Source: Octopus vulgaris (taxonomy: Eukaryota). From it: a stretch of DNA of 64,000 bases. Under the pieces are notes generated by a model, which made no database searches, was not told where the DNA came from, and saw nothing but the letters and a program-made list of their open reading frames with translations. Below are positions 1 to 12,675 of this stretch, piece by piece (the first letter of the stretch is position 1; every line of letters begins with the position of its first letter). The DNA is taken from positions 15,066,001 to 15,130,000 of the forward strand of contig OX597832.1 in NCBI GenBank assembly GCA_951406725.2, read 5' to 3'. The position numbers and the translations under genes are program-made.

Positions 1-82
1 ATATATATATATATATACATATAATGTATATATATATAAATATATATATATAGGTATATATATATATTTGTCTATATGTATG

Positions 83-112
<30 letters not shown>

Positions 113-114
<2 letters not shown>

Positions 115-533
115 CTCTCTTTTTACTCTTTTACTTGTTTCAGTCATTTGACTGCGGCCATGCTGGAGCACCGCCTTTAGTCGAGCAAATCGACCCCAGG
201 ACTTATTCTTTGTAAGCCCGGTACTTATTCTATCGGTCTCTTTTGCCGAACCGCTAAGTGACGGGGACGTAAACACACCAGCATCGGTTGTCAAGCAATG
301 CTAGGGAGACAAACACACACTGACACAAACACACACACATACACATATATACATATATATACATATATACGACAGGCTTCTTTCAGTTTATGTCTACCAA
401 ATCCACTCACAAGGCATTGGTCGGCCCGGGGCTATAGCAGTAGACACTTGCCTAAGATGCCACGCAGTGGGACTGAACCTGGAACCATGTGGTTGGTTAG
501 CAAGCTACTTACCACACAGCCACTCCTGCGCCT
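113..533 (-). mobile_element. tRNA-headed SINE, family A, full length
   Basis: The minus strand begins AGGCGCAGGAGTGGCTGTGTGGTAAG (A-box-like) then GGTTCAGTCCC (B-box-like). It has an internal TA/TG microsatellite and a 3' tail GGCGGTGCTCCAGCATGGCCGCAGTCAAATGACTGAAAC followed by (AGTAAAAG)n. Near-identical copies lie at 22167, 35868 and 59729. Confidence 0.9.
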
Positions 534-1746
534 ATATATATATGCGTGTGTGTGTGTATGTGTGTGTGTATGTAGGTATTAATATATATGTCTGTATGGT
601 TTACGTATGTACGGATGTTTTCGTCATCATTGGAGTGGATCAATGCTGGGAAACTGACTACAATGTGGTTTTCTGAAAATATCATCTCTGTCTTGATGTT
701 GTCTCTGTTTGTCTTTCACTGTAGCACTTATTTTTCGGTCACATTTATCTAACACTTATATAAGAATGACTTAATGAAGAAGCGTCGTTTGCCAAGCGTT
801 GCGACACGGGTTGAAAAAGTTCTTTTACACCTCCTGATGATATCAATCCTTGTTAGTTTAATCTATATTATGGTGGTTTTGCTCGAAGGAGATATTTGCG
901 AAATGTTGTATTACTCTTGAATACTGCCCTAATCTCATATGGGCCGCATATATGTTGTATATTCTCGGAGAGGCCTTTCACATAGTGTAGACAGACTGTG
1001 GAGAGTTTATCGGCTTCATCATCCTTCTTCTTCATAATTGGCGTGGTAATATACTTTACGGGTAGTTGCTGTTTAACAGATCATTGTTGAACCCACCATC
1101 CATACAATGTAAAGAGAGGGATTGCTTAGTGCCTAACACATCCTCCAAAGATTATAAGTAGCGACCGTGATACACACCAAGAAGAAATGGTCAAGCTCAA
1201 TAACAACCTGTTATAACTATGTTCTGTAACCAGTAAAATTCAGTGCACAAAATTATTTTCTGCAGAATTATTTCCGGTATTTTTGCGCGCTAAAGCGAAG
1301 ACTTTTGAGAGATAACCCAACATGCAATTGGTAGAACTCTATATATGTTCATTCTCATGCGGATGTCTCGTGTATAGTTCTTCAAATTATATTTTGCAAT
1401 GACTATCACACTGAAGAGTTGCGGTCAATCACGTAAGTAGTTATGTACGTGGTAACAATGAAATTAGTTTTCTGATTAATCTTTATATTTTGAATCGTAT
1501 CATTTGTCTTGCTCGCTTACGTTCTGACGTTTGATAAATTTTCTTTAAAACAATCCTTTCTTAGTGGTAAGTCCATTGAAGGTCTACTTCTTGCATAATG
1601 GATGTCCACTTAGCGGTCATCCCACTTATATATGTGTAATATAATTTTTCTGAATATTTGGTATTTTCAATATGCTAGACCACTGGTTTTAAATTGATAT
1701 CAATCAAATTAATATTCAATTTTTCACCCTTATTTTAATTTTAGAC

Positions 1747-1807
<61 letters not shown>

Positions 1808-2324
1808 TGGATATAGTGCAATGTGTATGTACATAGGTTACTGTTCCGTTAAAGGAAGAGTCAAGAAAATGTACTCCATGCAGTAAGCGGTAAATGACTG
1901 TTAGAATAAGAGCTACAAATGCTTTCATACATTTGAGGCACAGTATTTCTGCAGATTAATGTAACGTGCATTTTATCACCAATCATAAATTCGGGCACAG
2001 TGCACAGGGTTAGCCTCATCTGAAGATCAGGATGCTATAATATGGGAAATGAGTAATTTTTTTGGTGTTTCTTCTGTTGTCTCATGTAGTCAGTATCTTG
2101 GTTTTTAATTAAGACTAACCATCTGCGGTGAGTCTAAAAGAGAAGCTTCCACACATGGCACGTTATATAAATCCGATGATTTTCTGTTGTTTGAATACAT
2201 GAAACTATTATCGGTTCTTAGTTAACAGTCTACATTAAATAATGCGTTTGTTTGTGTGTATGTATGTATATATGTATATACATATATGTACATAAATGTG
2301 TATGTAGAAATATATGTATGTATG

Positions 2325-2431
<107 letters not shown>

Positions 2432-3999
2432 AAAGCAAGCGGTACTGTTTGCTTTATACACACACGTATAAATATATGTATATGTATCTGCAGCTTCCTC
2501 TTGAATTGATGTGAAATTGAATTGGTGTGCATATCTTTGTTTAGTTACGTTATTTATATTTTAACTTAAAATCAATGATAGATCTTACTATCCGTCTTAT
2601 TAAAGCCATATGTAAATAATTTTTCTTTGTCACCCTGTAGATAATGCATTACCAGCAGAACGATATACACATGGTTTCTCGTCTGAATTAGAAATTTGTG
2701 CTCAACTAGTTCCCAAAATGAAAATCAATAAATGTAACAGATTCTGTCAGAATATAACCTAACAGAACTTTCATTACCAGAATACCGAATGAATAATGAT
2801 TCCCATTTGCATTAGATATTTGTATGGAAAGAAAAACGGAGACAGAGAAATCATTGAATCTTCAGCTAAAATATGTTTAGATATTTAATATCGCACTGCA
2901 ACACAATTCAGTTGTAGATAGATTGTGCTCGGAAAACCCATGTTTACGTAAATGAGATTCCGTATCCTTTATCATGCACATTGAATTGAATAAAATTATG
3001 GCTTGCAAGTTAAGATTTCGAGGTATATTTATATCATTCCTCTCTTCTGTCACTATTAAGCGGCAAGAATTATAGCATCTATTCACATATTTCAATGGAA
3101 ATACTGAAATCCATTTGCACGTTATAAATAACTGATGTAGTGTGTGCACTTACAGAAATTGTTGGAATTTCAACATTTACCACATTCAAATGTATGTGTT
3201 AGATATAGCCTCCTGCTGTTTCCTTTAGCACATTTCATAACATCGGAAGACATGTGCTGCTTTCGCAGGAACACAAGAAGCCTTTTTATAAAGTATTTTT
3301 GCTATTAAACGCAATTGTCCAAATACCGGCTATATCATAGTTTGCAATCAAGCAAATGTCACATTCCTCTTTTCAAATTCACTAAACCTGTCACCAGTTT
3401 CCTTCAGATTGACTGCAATGCTATAGATTAACGTTCTGATAGTATAATCTCTATTCATACATATTGTTATATATCTAAAGATTGTTTATCTTATGGAATA
3501 TATATTTACGAATTTATTTTTGTTGTGAAATAATTACGAAAGAAGAATAGTTATATATTGTTCTACTGGGAAATGTTGACTTCCAATTCTTCGAACAAAA
3601 AAGAAAATGAATAATATAAATAAATAAAAGGTATAATTAAATAGTCACCTATGACCACCGTAATAAATGTCATTTAAATCATTTCAGGCGCGTCTCGTCT
3701 AAACCATTATTGTCAACGAAATCATCGAGCATAAATGAATTGTCAAACTCTAATGGTGACAGATAAAGAAAAGAAGCATAAAGAAAGCTTCACCAAAAAT
3801 ACGATTACGTTCATTCTTCCACTTTCCTCGACTTTAGTAGCAATGTGAGGAATATAATACCGTAAAAAGTTAATGCAAATGATGACCGTCTATCTTTTAT
3901 TACCTAGAAATAGCACTCTTTCAAGGAATTCAACTGTTGTCATCACTGTATTCTGTAAAATACGTATTGATTTTGAGTTCAGTGCTTGGCAGATGGCTA

Positions 4000-4362
4000 G
4001 TGATTACGGATGAGTGAGCGACCGGGGCTTATTTTATCGACCTCGTAGGATGAAACGTAAAATAGACATTGGTTGAACTTGAGTTCTCACCATAAAGTCT
4101 GACTAAATGCTGTCAGGCATTTTATTAGGCGTCTTAGATATTCTGTCAACTTGCGTCTTAAAAATACGTCTTAATACTGATTTCAAATTTTAGTACAAGG
4201 CCATTAGTTTAGGGTAGGGTAAGTCGATTAGCTTTTATCTACCCTGGAAGGATCAAAAGCAAAGACAGCCTCGGTGAAATTTGAATTCAGAACGTAAAAA
4301 CGGACGAAATGACACAAAGCAGTTTACTCGGCACGGTAACGATTCTGCCATCTTTCAGCCGT
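4000..4362 (-). mobile_element. two adjacent degraded copies of SINE family E
   Basis: Reverse-complement matches to the family E motifs GTTCTGA(G)TTCAAATT and CTTTGCCTTTCATCC seen in the plus-strand copies at 4600, 7341 and 47076. Confidence 0.6.
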
Positions 4363-4599
4363 AAAAACATGTTAATATTACATTTTAATCTAATCTAAGG
4401 CTGTCAGCTGTCAGAAACTACAAGGCTATGCGCATGCTCGTATATCCATACTGTGTACATGCTTACATACACAGTTACAAGCACAAAAATATACACACGC
4501 ACGCACACTCCCTCACGCACACATACATACACATGCACAAAACCATATACACGCACGCACACATATGTATGTGTAATGCAGCTGACTGTGTTTGTGGTT

Positions 4600-4775
4600 A
4601 TAATATTTTGAGTTCAAATTCCACTGATGTCGACTTTGCCTTTCATTCTTTCGGCATCAATTAAATAAGTACTAGTTACGCACCGGAGGTCGATTAAACC
4701 GACTTAATCCCTTTGTCTGTCATTTTTTGTACCCTCCATGTTTAGCCCCCTATGAGCAATAAATAAATAAATATC
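4600..4775 (+). mobile_element. SINE family E fragment (Nin-domain-like core)
   Basis: GAGTTCAAATTCCACTGATGTCGACTTTGCCTTTCATTCTTTCGGCATCAATTAAATAAGTAC, ending in (AATA)n. The Nin-like assignment is from recall of the GCCTTTCATCC..GGGGTCGATAAA motif. Confidence 0.7.
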
Positions 4776-7340
4776 TTAAGTTTCATGGTTTTCCATGGTT
4801 TCAAGACTCATTATTCATACACTGTATAAAGAATTACATTGGAATGATTGCTAATTTTCAAAGTTTAAATTGTTGAATTATCAGTTAATATTATCGTCTG
4901 TGCTGAGTTGCTTTTGATTTAAAGATACGTATTCCACATAGAATGGTAATTCCATTTGAATTTACTCATATCTTTAATATTTTAGTAGTCGTAATCATAT
5001 AAAACGCGGTAATTACTGTAAGAGACTGCAGTGACATGCTCATATTTCAGTTATTGAATAAATGATTATTGTATTCAAGTCTGTAATTTTAATTATATTT
5101 GAAACAGAAATAAATTTCTTATTTCGTAATCTTTTCTTATATCACAAATTATATTCTTAATAAACATTGACAGATTGAATCAACTTTTTTAATTTAAACG
5201 GACGCATCACATCGGTGCCTAACGTTTATACCAATCTCCTAGGCGATGTGAAATCAATGATGTATGGATACATGCAATGTCTGAATTATATTGCATATTA
5301 ATATTCCAAGTTGTAAGTGACTATTTTAACGCTCAGTCAAAGAGGAATTTGTAGTGCTCATAGCCGTTAGTATATTTATTCTCGCATCAGAAAAATCCAA
5401 ACCTCTTCAAGCGCTACGGGAAGGCAACAGACTGGTTCACGAGTGAAGTCTTACTACAGTAAGGTGGACTGTTATGATGTTATCAAAAAATTGCCCCTCA
5501 CTGAGCCGTTGGTCATCCCGTCATTCTTTCCTTGTCAATTATATATCTAGCAATATGTTATACAGTAAATCTCTTTTCAAAATACAAGAGGTATAGTTCA
5601 TGTAGATTTGTTTCCCGTATTCACCCTGAGGATAATGCGTTGAGATGTTCCCTATCTAAATTGTAAGTGAAGAAAAGAGACATCCTGATTGCAGGCTAGT
5701 AAATGAATTGAGGTATGGTGAAGCGAAGTAAAATAATGATATGGAGGAGAATGTCAGAGGGCTATTCAGAATGAGGAGGCATTGATTGTGAGATAACATG
5801 GAGCCCTATGATTCGTAGTTTAAACGATGTTGTGGGAATACTGAACATCTGAACATGCACCTGTTAATTGTGCCATATGTTTAGGGGTATGCAGAGTATT
5901 TATTCTGCAGGTTTTCATAATATTGAATGGGACTAGAATACTTCAGTTAGATTTCAACCCTAATTATTTCTCAGCATTTAAATATCAGTACAATCGATTT
6001 TTCTGAAGATGTTTCCACATTTGTAACGTTTATTATTCTCCGTAGAATTGTCGGATATACTTTGCTTAATAGTACAAGTATAATCGCCAGGATTTCAATT
6101 CATTTCTCTGTAAATATATTTGTTTTGTTACATTATTTGGTTGTTGGAAGCAGTAAGCCTTATAAGAGAATCTTGTTTTTTCGTAAAATTCCGTTAAACA
6201 TTATATTATTAGGCGAGTACAGAATAAATAATGCTCTCGATAGTTTTACTCAGCTTATACCTTTCAATAAGCGACATTAGCCAGAATTTCATTTTCACAT
6301 CTAGTGTGATGTCCTGCGTGTGAGTATTTTACGAGTGATTTCTATACGCTTTTGCTGTAGTATCATATAACTATTCATGTATTGCATTGCCATTTTGATT
6401 TATAGAATGTGTTGCTGATTATATCAAATGTTCTAACAACGTGCCGAAAATACAGTAACATCGGGCTTGTTAGTTTAGACTCGAATTTAATTAGAATTAT
6501 GTAAACTGATACATATACTCATAATCCATGCCACTGAGCTTCTAGTGAGCTATAATAATGTGACTATGTCCACAACTCTCCATGACGTTTTGTATAGGAC
6601 TTGTTGATATATTGGGTAATTGCACATAGGAAGATTTCAGCACAGTATGTTGCAAGGTTTCATTAACCAGATTAGGAATATTAGTGCCTTGTCAAGGTGA
6701 TTAACGCAAAGGATTTAGCCGGATATCAGAATGAGGTGTATGAATATGTCATTTGTTGACAGTGATATAGAACTGATTATTTTAAAAATTGCATTCAGAA
6801 TTTGCAGATGTCATATCATGATAGTTATGTAGACATAATGATTTGATAGCACAACATCTTATTAATATCGCATTAAATCTAAGAACGAGGTTTACGTAAT
6901 TGTATTACGCTTATCTAGAAGCAGTGTGTTTATTGTATGGGTGTGTTTATGACAGAGAGAATGCACGTGCGTGTGTGTGTGTGTGAGCGTGTATGTGCGT
7001 GTGTGTGTGTGTGAGTCTAATGCAAAGCCACGTGATATACAGGGTAGACACAAAATGCAATTGCGTATTTCGTTAAACAATTTAGAACAGCTCGTCAAGT
7101 ATACAATGTTCTTTTATTAGAAACTCCAATTCTTTTATATTATGACGTTGGAGAAGATGAAAAGTTATACTGAAGTATAGCAGACGTAATGACTTTGAAA
7201 TGTTCAAAATGGATTAGTTTGTTATCGAGACTCTAGTCAAGATATTCTTATATTCTTACCTATTTTGCAGATGCAGTACAATTTGCAGTCAAGCCCCGTC
7301 GTATGTTTCACAAGGAACTATCTTATTATTTCAATGCAAT

Positions 7341-7760
7341 TAAGGTGGCGAACTAGCTTGGTAATTACAACGCGGGACAAAAATCATTAACGGAATTTCA
7401 CCAGTATTTACCTTCTGAGCTCCAATTCCGCCGATGTCAATTTTGCCTTCGGGGTCGAAATCATAGGTACCAGTTGAGCACTGGGATTGATTTAATCGAG
7501 ATAGCAGCACCTGAAGTACTTGACTCGACATTACTGGCCTTGTGCGAAAAGTTGAAAGCAACTTTTCAGTACATTTAAGGCGGCGAACAGAATTCGTAGC
7601 GGCATTTCTTTTGTATTTATATTCGTAATTCAAATTCTGCTGTGGATAAATTTACTATTTATAATTTCTGGGTCGATAGAATAAGTACCACTTGAGCACT
7701 GGGATATATATAATCGACTGAACACTTTACTTTGAATTTAGCCGAAAGGTGAAATTATTT
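7341..7760 (+). mobile_element. two tandem degraded SINE family E copies
   Basis: Copies start AAGGTGGCGAAC (about 7342) and AAGGCGGCGAAC (about 7577). Each contains GGGTCGA..A.TA.GTACCA.TTGAGCACTGGGAT...TAATCGA. Confidence 0.7.
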
Positions 7761-7869
7761 CAGTGCAATTAAACAGCGGGAAGTGACAGAATTTTGTATG
7801 CTACACATTGTTCCTTGGATTTTCGATATAATGGCTCATTATAAAAATATATATATTTTTTTACATTTA

Positions 7870-8172
7870 TGCACCCTTTTGAAGCCTAGTCAGGCTCATG
7901 GGCCCGATTTCCCGGTTTCTGTAACGTATGCGTGCGCCCCACCAGCTGGACGGGGCGCCAGATTATCGCAGCGTTATCCAAGAAACAGGAAGAGAGTGAG
8001 AGAAATTTGGGGCGAAAGAGTACAACAGGGGTCTCCAACACGCCCTACCGGAGCCTCGTGGAGCTTTAGGTGTTTTCGCTCAATAAACACACACAAAACC
8101 CGGTCTGGGAATCGAAACTGCGATCCTGCAACTGCGAGACCGCTGCTCTAACCACTGGGCCATTGAGCTTCC
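7870..8172 (-). mobile_element. tRNA-headed SINE, family C
   Basis: Minus-strand head TGGCCCAGTGGTTAGAGCAGCGG...GTTTCGATTCCCAGACCGGG (A/B boxes). Head and body are shared with 32627, and the tail is shared with 9715. Confidence 0.85.
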
Positions 8173-9714
8173 TATAAAAATAATAATCAATTTATATTGT
8201 GTAGAAGGTATGTAATCAGTGAGTTTGCCGTTGAGGTCTGAAGCGTTTATTTGAAGAATGGAATATATGTCTGTTTGAAAAGTTTACTTGAGATATTTCC
8301 ATGTGGCACTGAATTTTTTGCTTTAATGCAATATTTTCATGAAGTTTCGGGGTTCTAAGCATTTGCCAACGGTAATGCAAATATTTTCTGATGTAAAAAC
8401 AGGCTTCAAAACAAATGTGGATCTATAATTCTGATTAGTTTGACGACTGAGAAATCTCAGAGTTTGTAATTTTCTAAGAAGCTTTGCGTTCAGATACGCA
8501 GAAAGCATAAAGTATTTTGAATATACCTTGTGCAGTATTGTCATAGTTGTGTACAACTTTTCGAATGCTTTATACAAACACTTATGAATCCTTTATATAA
8601 GCACTTATAAATATATGTTGTTTTCAATATTATTTGGGATTGTTATTCCGTTGCGTTTGCTGTTGTGTATTTGATGTAAGTGATTCTATTTGTCGTTGTT
8701 TGTCTCGTGGGTGTTATGTCACCACTCATCCAACCTTATTTTGCAATACTATGCTCAAGGAGACAGATAAGAACCTTCTCTCTATTTGTTTCCTTTAACT
8801 ATTTATCATGTACGTAAGGTTGCTTTTCTTAGGTAAACACTTAAAGCTTGATTTCAAGAGATATTTCAAAAAGAACGCGTAGCTATACTGAGAGAGAGTG
8901 AGAGAGAGAGAGAGAGAGAGAGATAGAGAGAGAGTGACAGACAGAGGAATAATATCTTTGTTATCTGGTAACCAGAAAATTATATGTGCATTCATGAGCT
9001 TATTTTCCTAACCTGGGTATTTTTGAATGTGCAATATTAACACTTTTGATTTCATGAACAAAATAGCTGTTATGTGTAATTTCATAGAAGCATATTCATT
9101 CTACCATAAATAATTCAATCAAATATATTCACACCAGAAAAGATGATCAGTTCTAGAATATCTAGTCATATTTATTTTAAATATGGGTTTATTATTTCAT
9201 TTAGGCTTTTTATATGATACTAAAATGTAAAAGCAATGCAAGTTTTAGCTGTTTCATATTTAATAGGCGGATGTCATTTTTAAGTGAAAAGGCATTTATC
9301 ATCTAAGTGCTATTAACAATTTTTCAAATATTTCATTTCAAAATGTGAAGTTACATAGTATTTCCCTGCGATTCTAAAATGTTTGAGTAGATTCACATAA
9401 GCGCACTAATACGTGAGAGTACTTTCACTGTCTCATTAATGAGTGAAACTTGAAATGCTCAAATCTGATGAATATACTCGCGATTAATAGCTGGTATATC
9501 CGTGTTTAAGAAGATTACATTGAAACTGTGGTTTTCGATAAGTGAGCAAAATGGTTTCAGTCAATGTGAGTGATAGCAATTATATACATATACTTTATAT
9601 ATTTACGCATGCGCGTATGTTTCATTCATTTGTCGACTACAACATGACAATTGCTGCTGTTAGGCTTACTTTCCTGTAATGTACTGGTTCGGCATAAATA
9701 TAGATATAAATAAA

Positions 9715-9961
9715 CGCGCCCTTTTAAAGTCTAGCCAGGCTAATGGGCCCGGTTTCTCGCTTTCTGTGGCGTATGTGTTCCCCAGCTGGATGGGAGGCCT
9801 GCCCATCGCAGCGTTACTCATTTTCGCCAGCTGAGTGAACTGGGGCAACGTGAAATGAAGTGTTTTGCTCAAGAACACAACGCATCGCTCGGTCCAGGAA
9901 TCGAAACCATAATCTTACGATCATGGTGCTGATACCCTAATCACTAAGCCACGTACCTCCA
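9715..9961 (-). mobile_element. tRNA-headed SINE, family D
   Basis: Head GGAGGTACGTGGCTTAGTGATTAGGGT...GGTTTCGATTCCTGGACC and core GTGTTCTTGAGCAAAACACTTCATTTCACGTTGC. A related copy lies at 19443, and a short deleted copy follows at about 9980-10080. Confidence 0.85.
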
Positions 9962-10254
9962 CTAAAATAAATGTTCCTTCTCCAGCCATGCCAGACTTAT
10001 AAGGGCCGGTTTCCCTGTTTCAGTGACGTAGAAATATACCATTAGTTCAGCACCCTAACCATTAAGCCACGCGCCTCCACGTCTGGTTTGGCATGACGGG
10101 TTCATAAATGACTGAAGGCGTAGCGGGATACGAAAGAAATATGAGGCATTCATTACCGAACGTTTTGAAATAGATTAGCGATAACTGAAACAAGAACAAA
10201 AGAGTAGAAATGATGAACGCCATAGTTTAGTTGAAGGAAATTACAGAATAATGG

Positions 10255-10595
10255 AGTTTTCAAATCTCGGCACAAGGCTAGCAAGTTTGGATTAGGGATT
10301 AAGTCGTTCAGATCGAACCTCTGCTCAGCCGGTAACTATTTTATGGACACCGAAATAATAAAATGCAGAGTTGACCGCGATAGAATGTGAACTCTAGTAC
10401 TCAAAGCAGACGTAATGTGGCCAAGCATTTTGCCCGATGTGCTAACGAAAATACTAGTTCGCCTCTGTATATTACTACGTAATATTGGCTTAAAGTTTGG
10501 CACAATTATCAGCAGGTTTGGGGAAGGATATGAGCGGAGTAAATCGGTTGCAATACTCTACTGGTACTCAATATATTGACAACAAACTAACGAAA
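10255..10595 (-). mobile_element. degraded SINE family E copies
   Basis: Weak reverse-complement similarity to the family E head (GCTAACGA, AAGCATTTTGCCCG) and tail (AAATCTCGGCACAAGGC). Confidence 0.5.
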
Positions 10596-10599
10596 GTCA

Positions 10600-11111
10600 A
10601 AGCTCCTGGCCGACAGTTTGTTTGGAAACTTGGTTCTCGAAGTAGTCATTAAGCTCTAGAGTAATTTTCGGAGCTGTAATTTTGTGATAATTTTCTACCA
10701 ATTCGCGTAGAAATCTCACAGTTCCTATCTGAAATGTTTATTTTTATTCTGGAGTTTTGTTTCGACGAGGGGTCTTTATCTCTTTTTCAAAAGCTGTCAT
10801 TTCTTTCGGGCAAGTACATCTTCATACGCCAGGCATTTCCGCGGTTTTTGTTATGCTAGCGCCCTCCATCCGACCACCATCTATGCGACCTTTTTGAAGG
10901 TCCGATAGATCTGACATTTTAAATAACTTTGATTACATTTTTCTGGTGATTTCTGAAAAGAGACAGCAATTTTAGCAAAACATATTAAGCGCCGCTAGTA
11001 ATAAATAAAAAAAGACCATAAAAATAAACAAACTTTTGACTGTTTTATAGACATTTGAAAATAATGATGCCATGATTCTACGTGTTTCCATTATTTTCTC
11101 CGACCCCTGTA
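10600..11111 (-). mobile_element. 5' part of a Tc1-like transposon (TIR plus pseudogenised transposase N-terminus)
   Basis: TIR TA|CAGGGGTCGGAGAAAATAATGGAAACA at about 11083-11112. From the ATG at 10917 the minus strand reads MSDLSDLQKGRIDGGRMEGASITKTAEMPGV*RCTCPKEMTAFEKE, and later ITAPKITLELNDYFENQVSKQTVGQEL, a Tc1-type HTH region. Confidence 0.8.
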
Positions 11112-11143
11112 TATGTATATATGTATATATGTATATATGTATA

Positions 11144-11234
<91 letters not shown>

Positions 11235-11667
11235 TTAAAACGTTAACATCTGGATATCCTTCCGGGAATTGAATTTGAATTTTCTGGAATGCTGCAATTT
11301 AGTGTTAGACACTAAAACGGAGGCAATTGTGAAGCCACGACAATGATATACGTAACTAATGAAATCGATAAAATCAAATTCATTCTTTGTAGTTATTCTC
11401 TCACACAATAATTTTCATTATATCACTTTATGTCTGCTATCTGCCAACTACTTTTCTCTCATATTTTTCAAATGTAACGTTCTTTCATCTTATCAAATCT
11501 ATTGTCACTGACGTTTCAATTCTAAAACAATAACTATTGCATAGAAATGTAGTGATACTGCTTTGTCTATAACACGAAGAATTAAAAGAATCGATAGTAA
11601 ATATCTTAGAGCCGATCTTTGCCATGCAAATGAATGTGGGCGACAAAATCTTTAGAAAATACGCAAC

Positions 11668-11728
<61 letters not shown>

Positions 11729-11739
11729 AGAAAAAATCA

Positions 11740-11944
11740 ATTAAGGTGTCAATATCCTCCAGCATCTACAAGAACTGGAGCCTCTTTCAGCTGAATAATG
11801 GACAAAAATACCTTTGGAAACAATTAAACCATTGTACATCGGAGCATTCGAGCTGTAATTACTGGCAAATCGGTCCTACCGCATATTTAAATAAATTTGT
11901 TTGAAATTTTAAGCTGTTTCCATTATTTTGTCCAACCCCTGTAT
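11740..11944 (+). mobile_element. 3' end of a Tc1-like transposon, same family as 10600
   Basis: C-terminal-like remnant (SIRAVITGK..PTAY, frameshifted) followed by TIR TGTTTCCATTATTTTGTCCAACCCCTG|TA, nearly identical to the TIR at 11083. Confidence 0.75.
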
Positions 11945-12033
11945 ACACACACGCACACATGCACACACACACACATAGATATATATGCATGTATATATAC
12001 ATTTGCACACGTATGTGCATTTGTACATATTTT

Positions 12034-12067
<34 letters not shown>

Positions 12068-12399
12068 CATATATGCATATATGTGTATATGTACATGTAT
12101 ATATATATATACTTGATGGTTTAATAAAATGCAATTTATACTTAGTAACATTTTAATTCTCCTAAATCCCCATATATAAAGCAATCTGTGTTTTTTTTTC
12201 CTTAAAAAATAATTAAGCATGCCTTTATTTCAATAGAAGTTTTGGATTTGTTAAACGAAGTTAAGGCAAAATAAAAACGTCTGTAGAAGCCAAATAATCT
12301 TTCCTTCCTTCATGCCAAGTTTGAAGAATATATCTCTTTCGCATCATTTTTTTTCATGTGTTAAATATACTGTATTTTTTTTGGCATTATTTCAAGCCA

Positions 12400-12640
12400 G
12401 CTGACATTTTTTGCGCAATCGTCATGTGCATTTTTCTCGCGTACGTGTAGTATCGATCACAGCAGCTGATTTACTTGCGCGTACAAATGCACGTTCTCAC
12501 CGCTTTTCAAGACTTACATACGCCCTGATACCGTCGGTATCTACACGTCAAGTTTGAGCGCAATCGGATGAGGATGCATGAGATATTAAAAGACACACAC
12601 TCACACAGGCACACAGAGCAGACATTACTTTATATAAATG
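12400..12640 (+). mobile_element. possible 3' end of a non-autonomous Helitron/Helentron-type element
   Basis: CAAGTTTGAGCGCAATCGGATGAGG...ACACACAC..CAGACATTACTTTATATA resembles DINE/HINE-type ends. Pattern recall only. Confidence 0.4.
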
Positions 12641-12641
12641 C

Positions 12642-12675
<34 letters not shown>

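Noticed and set aside
113-533. tRNA gene calls in SINE heads (also about 8100, 9900, 19443, 32627)
   Set aside because: They have A/B boxes but are fused to multicopy SINE bodies, and no complete cloverleaf was seen.
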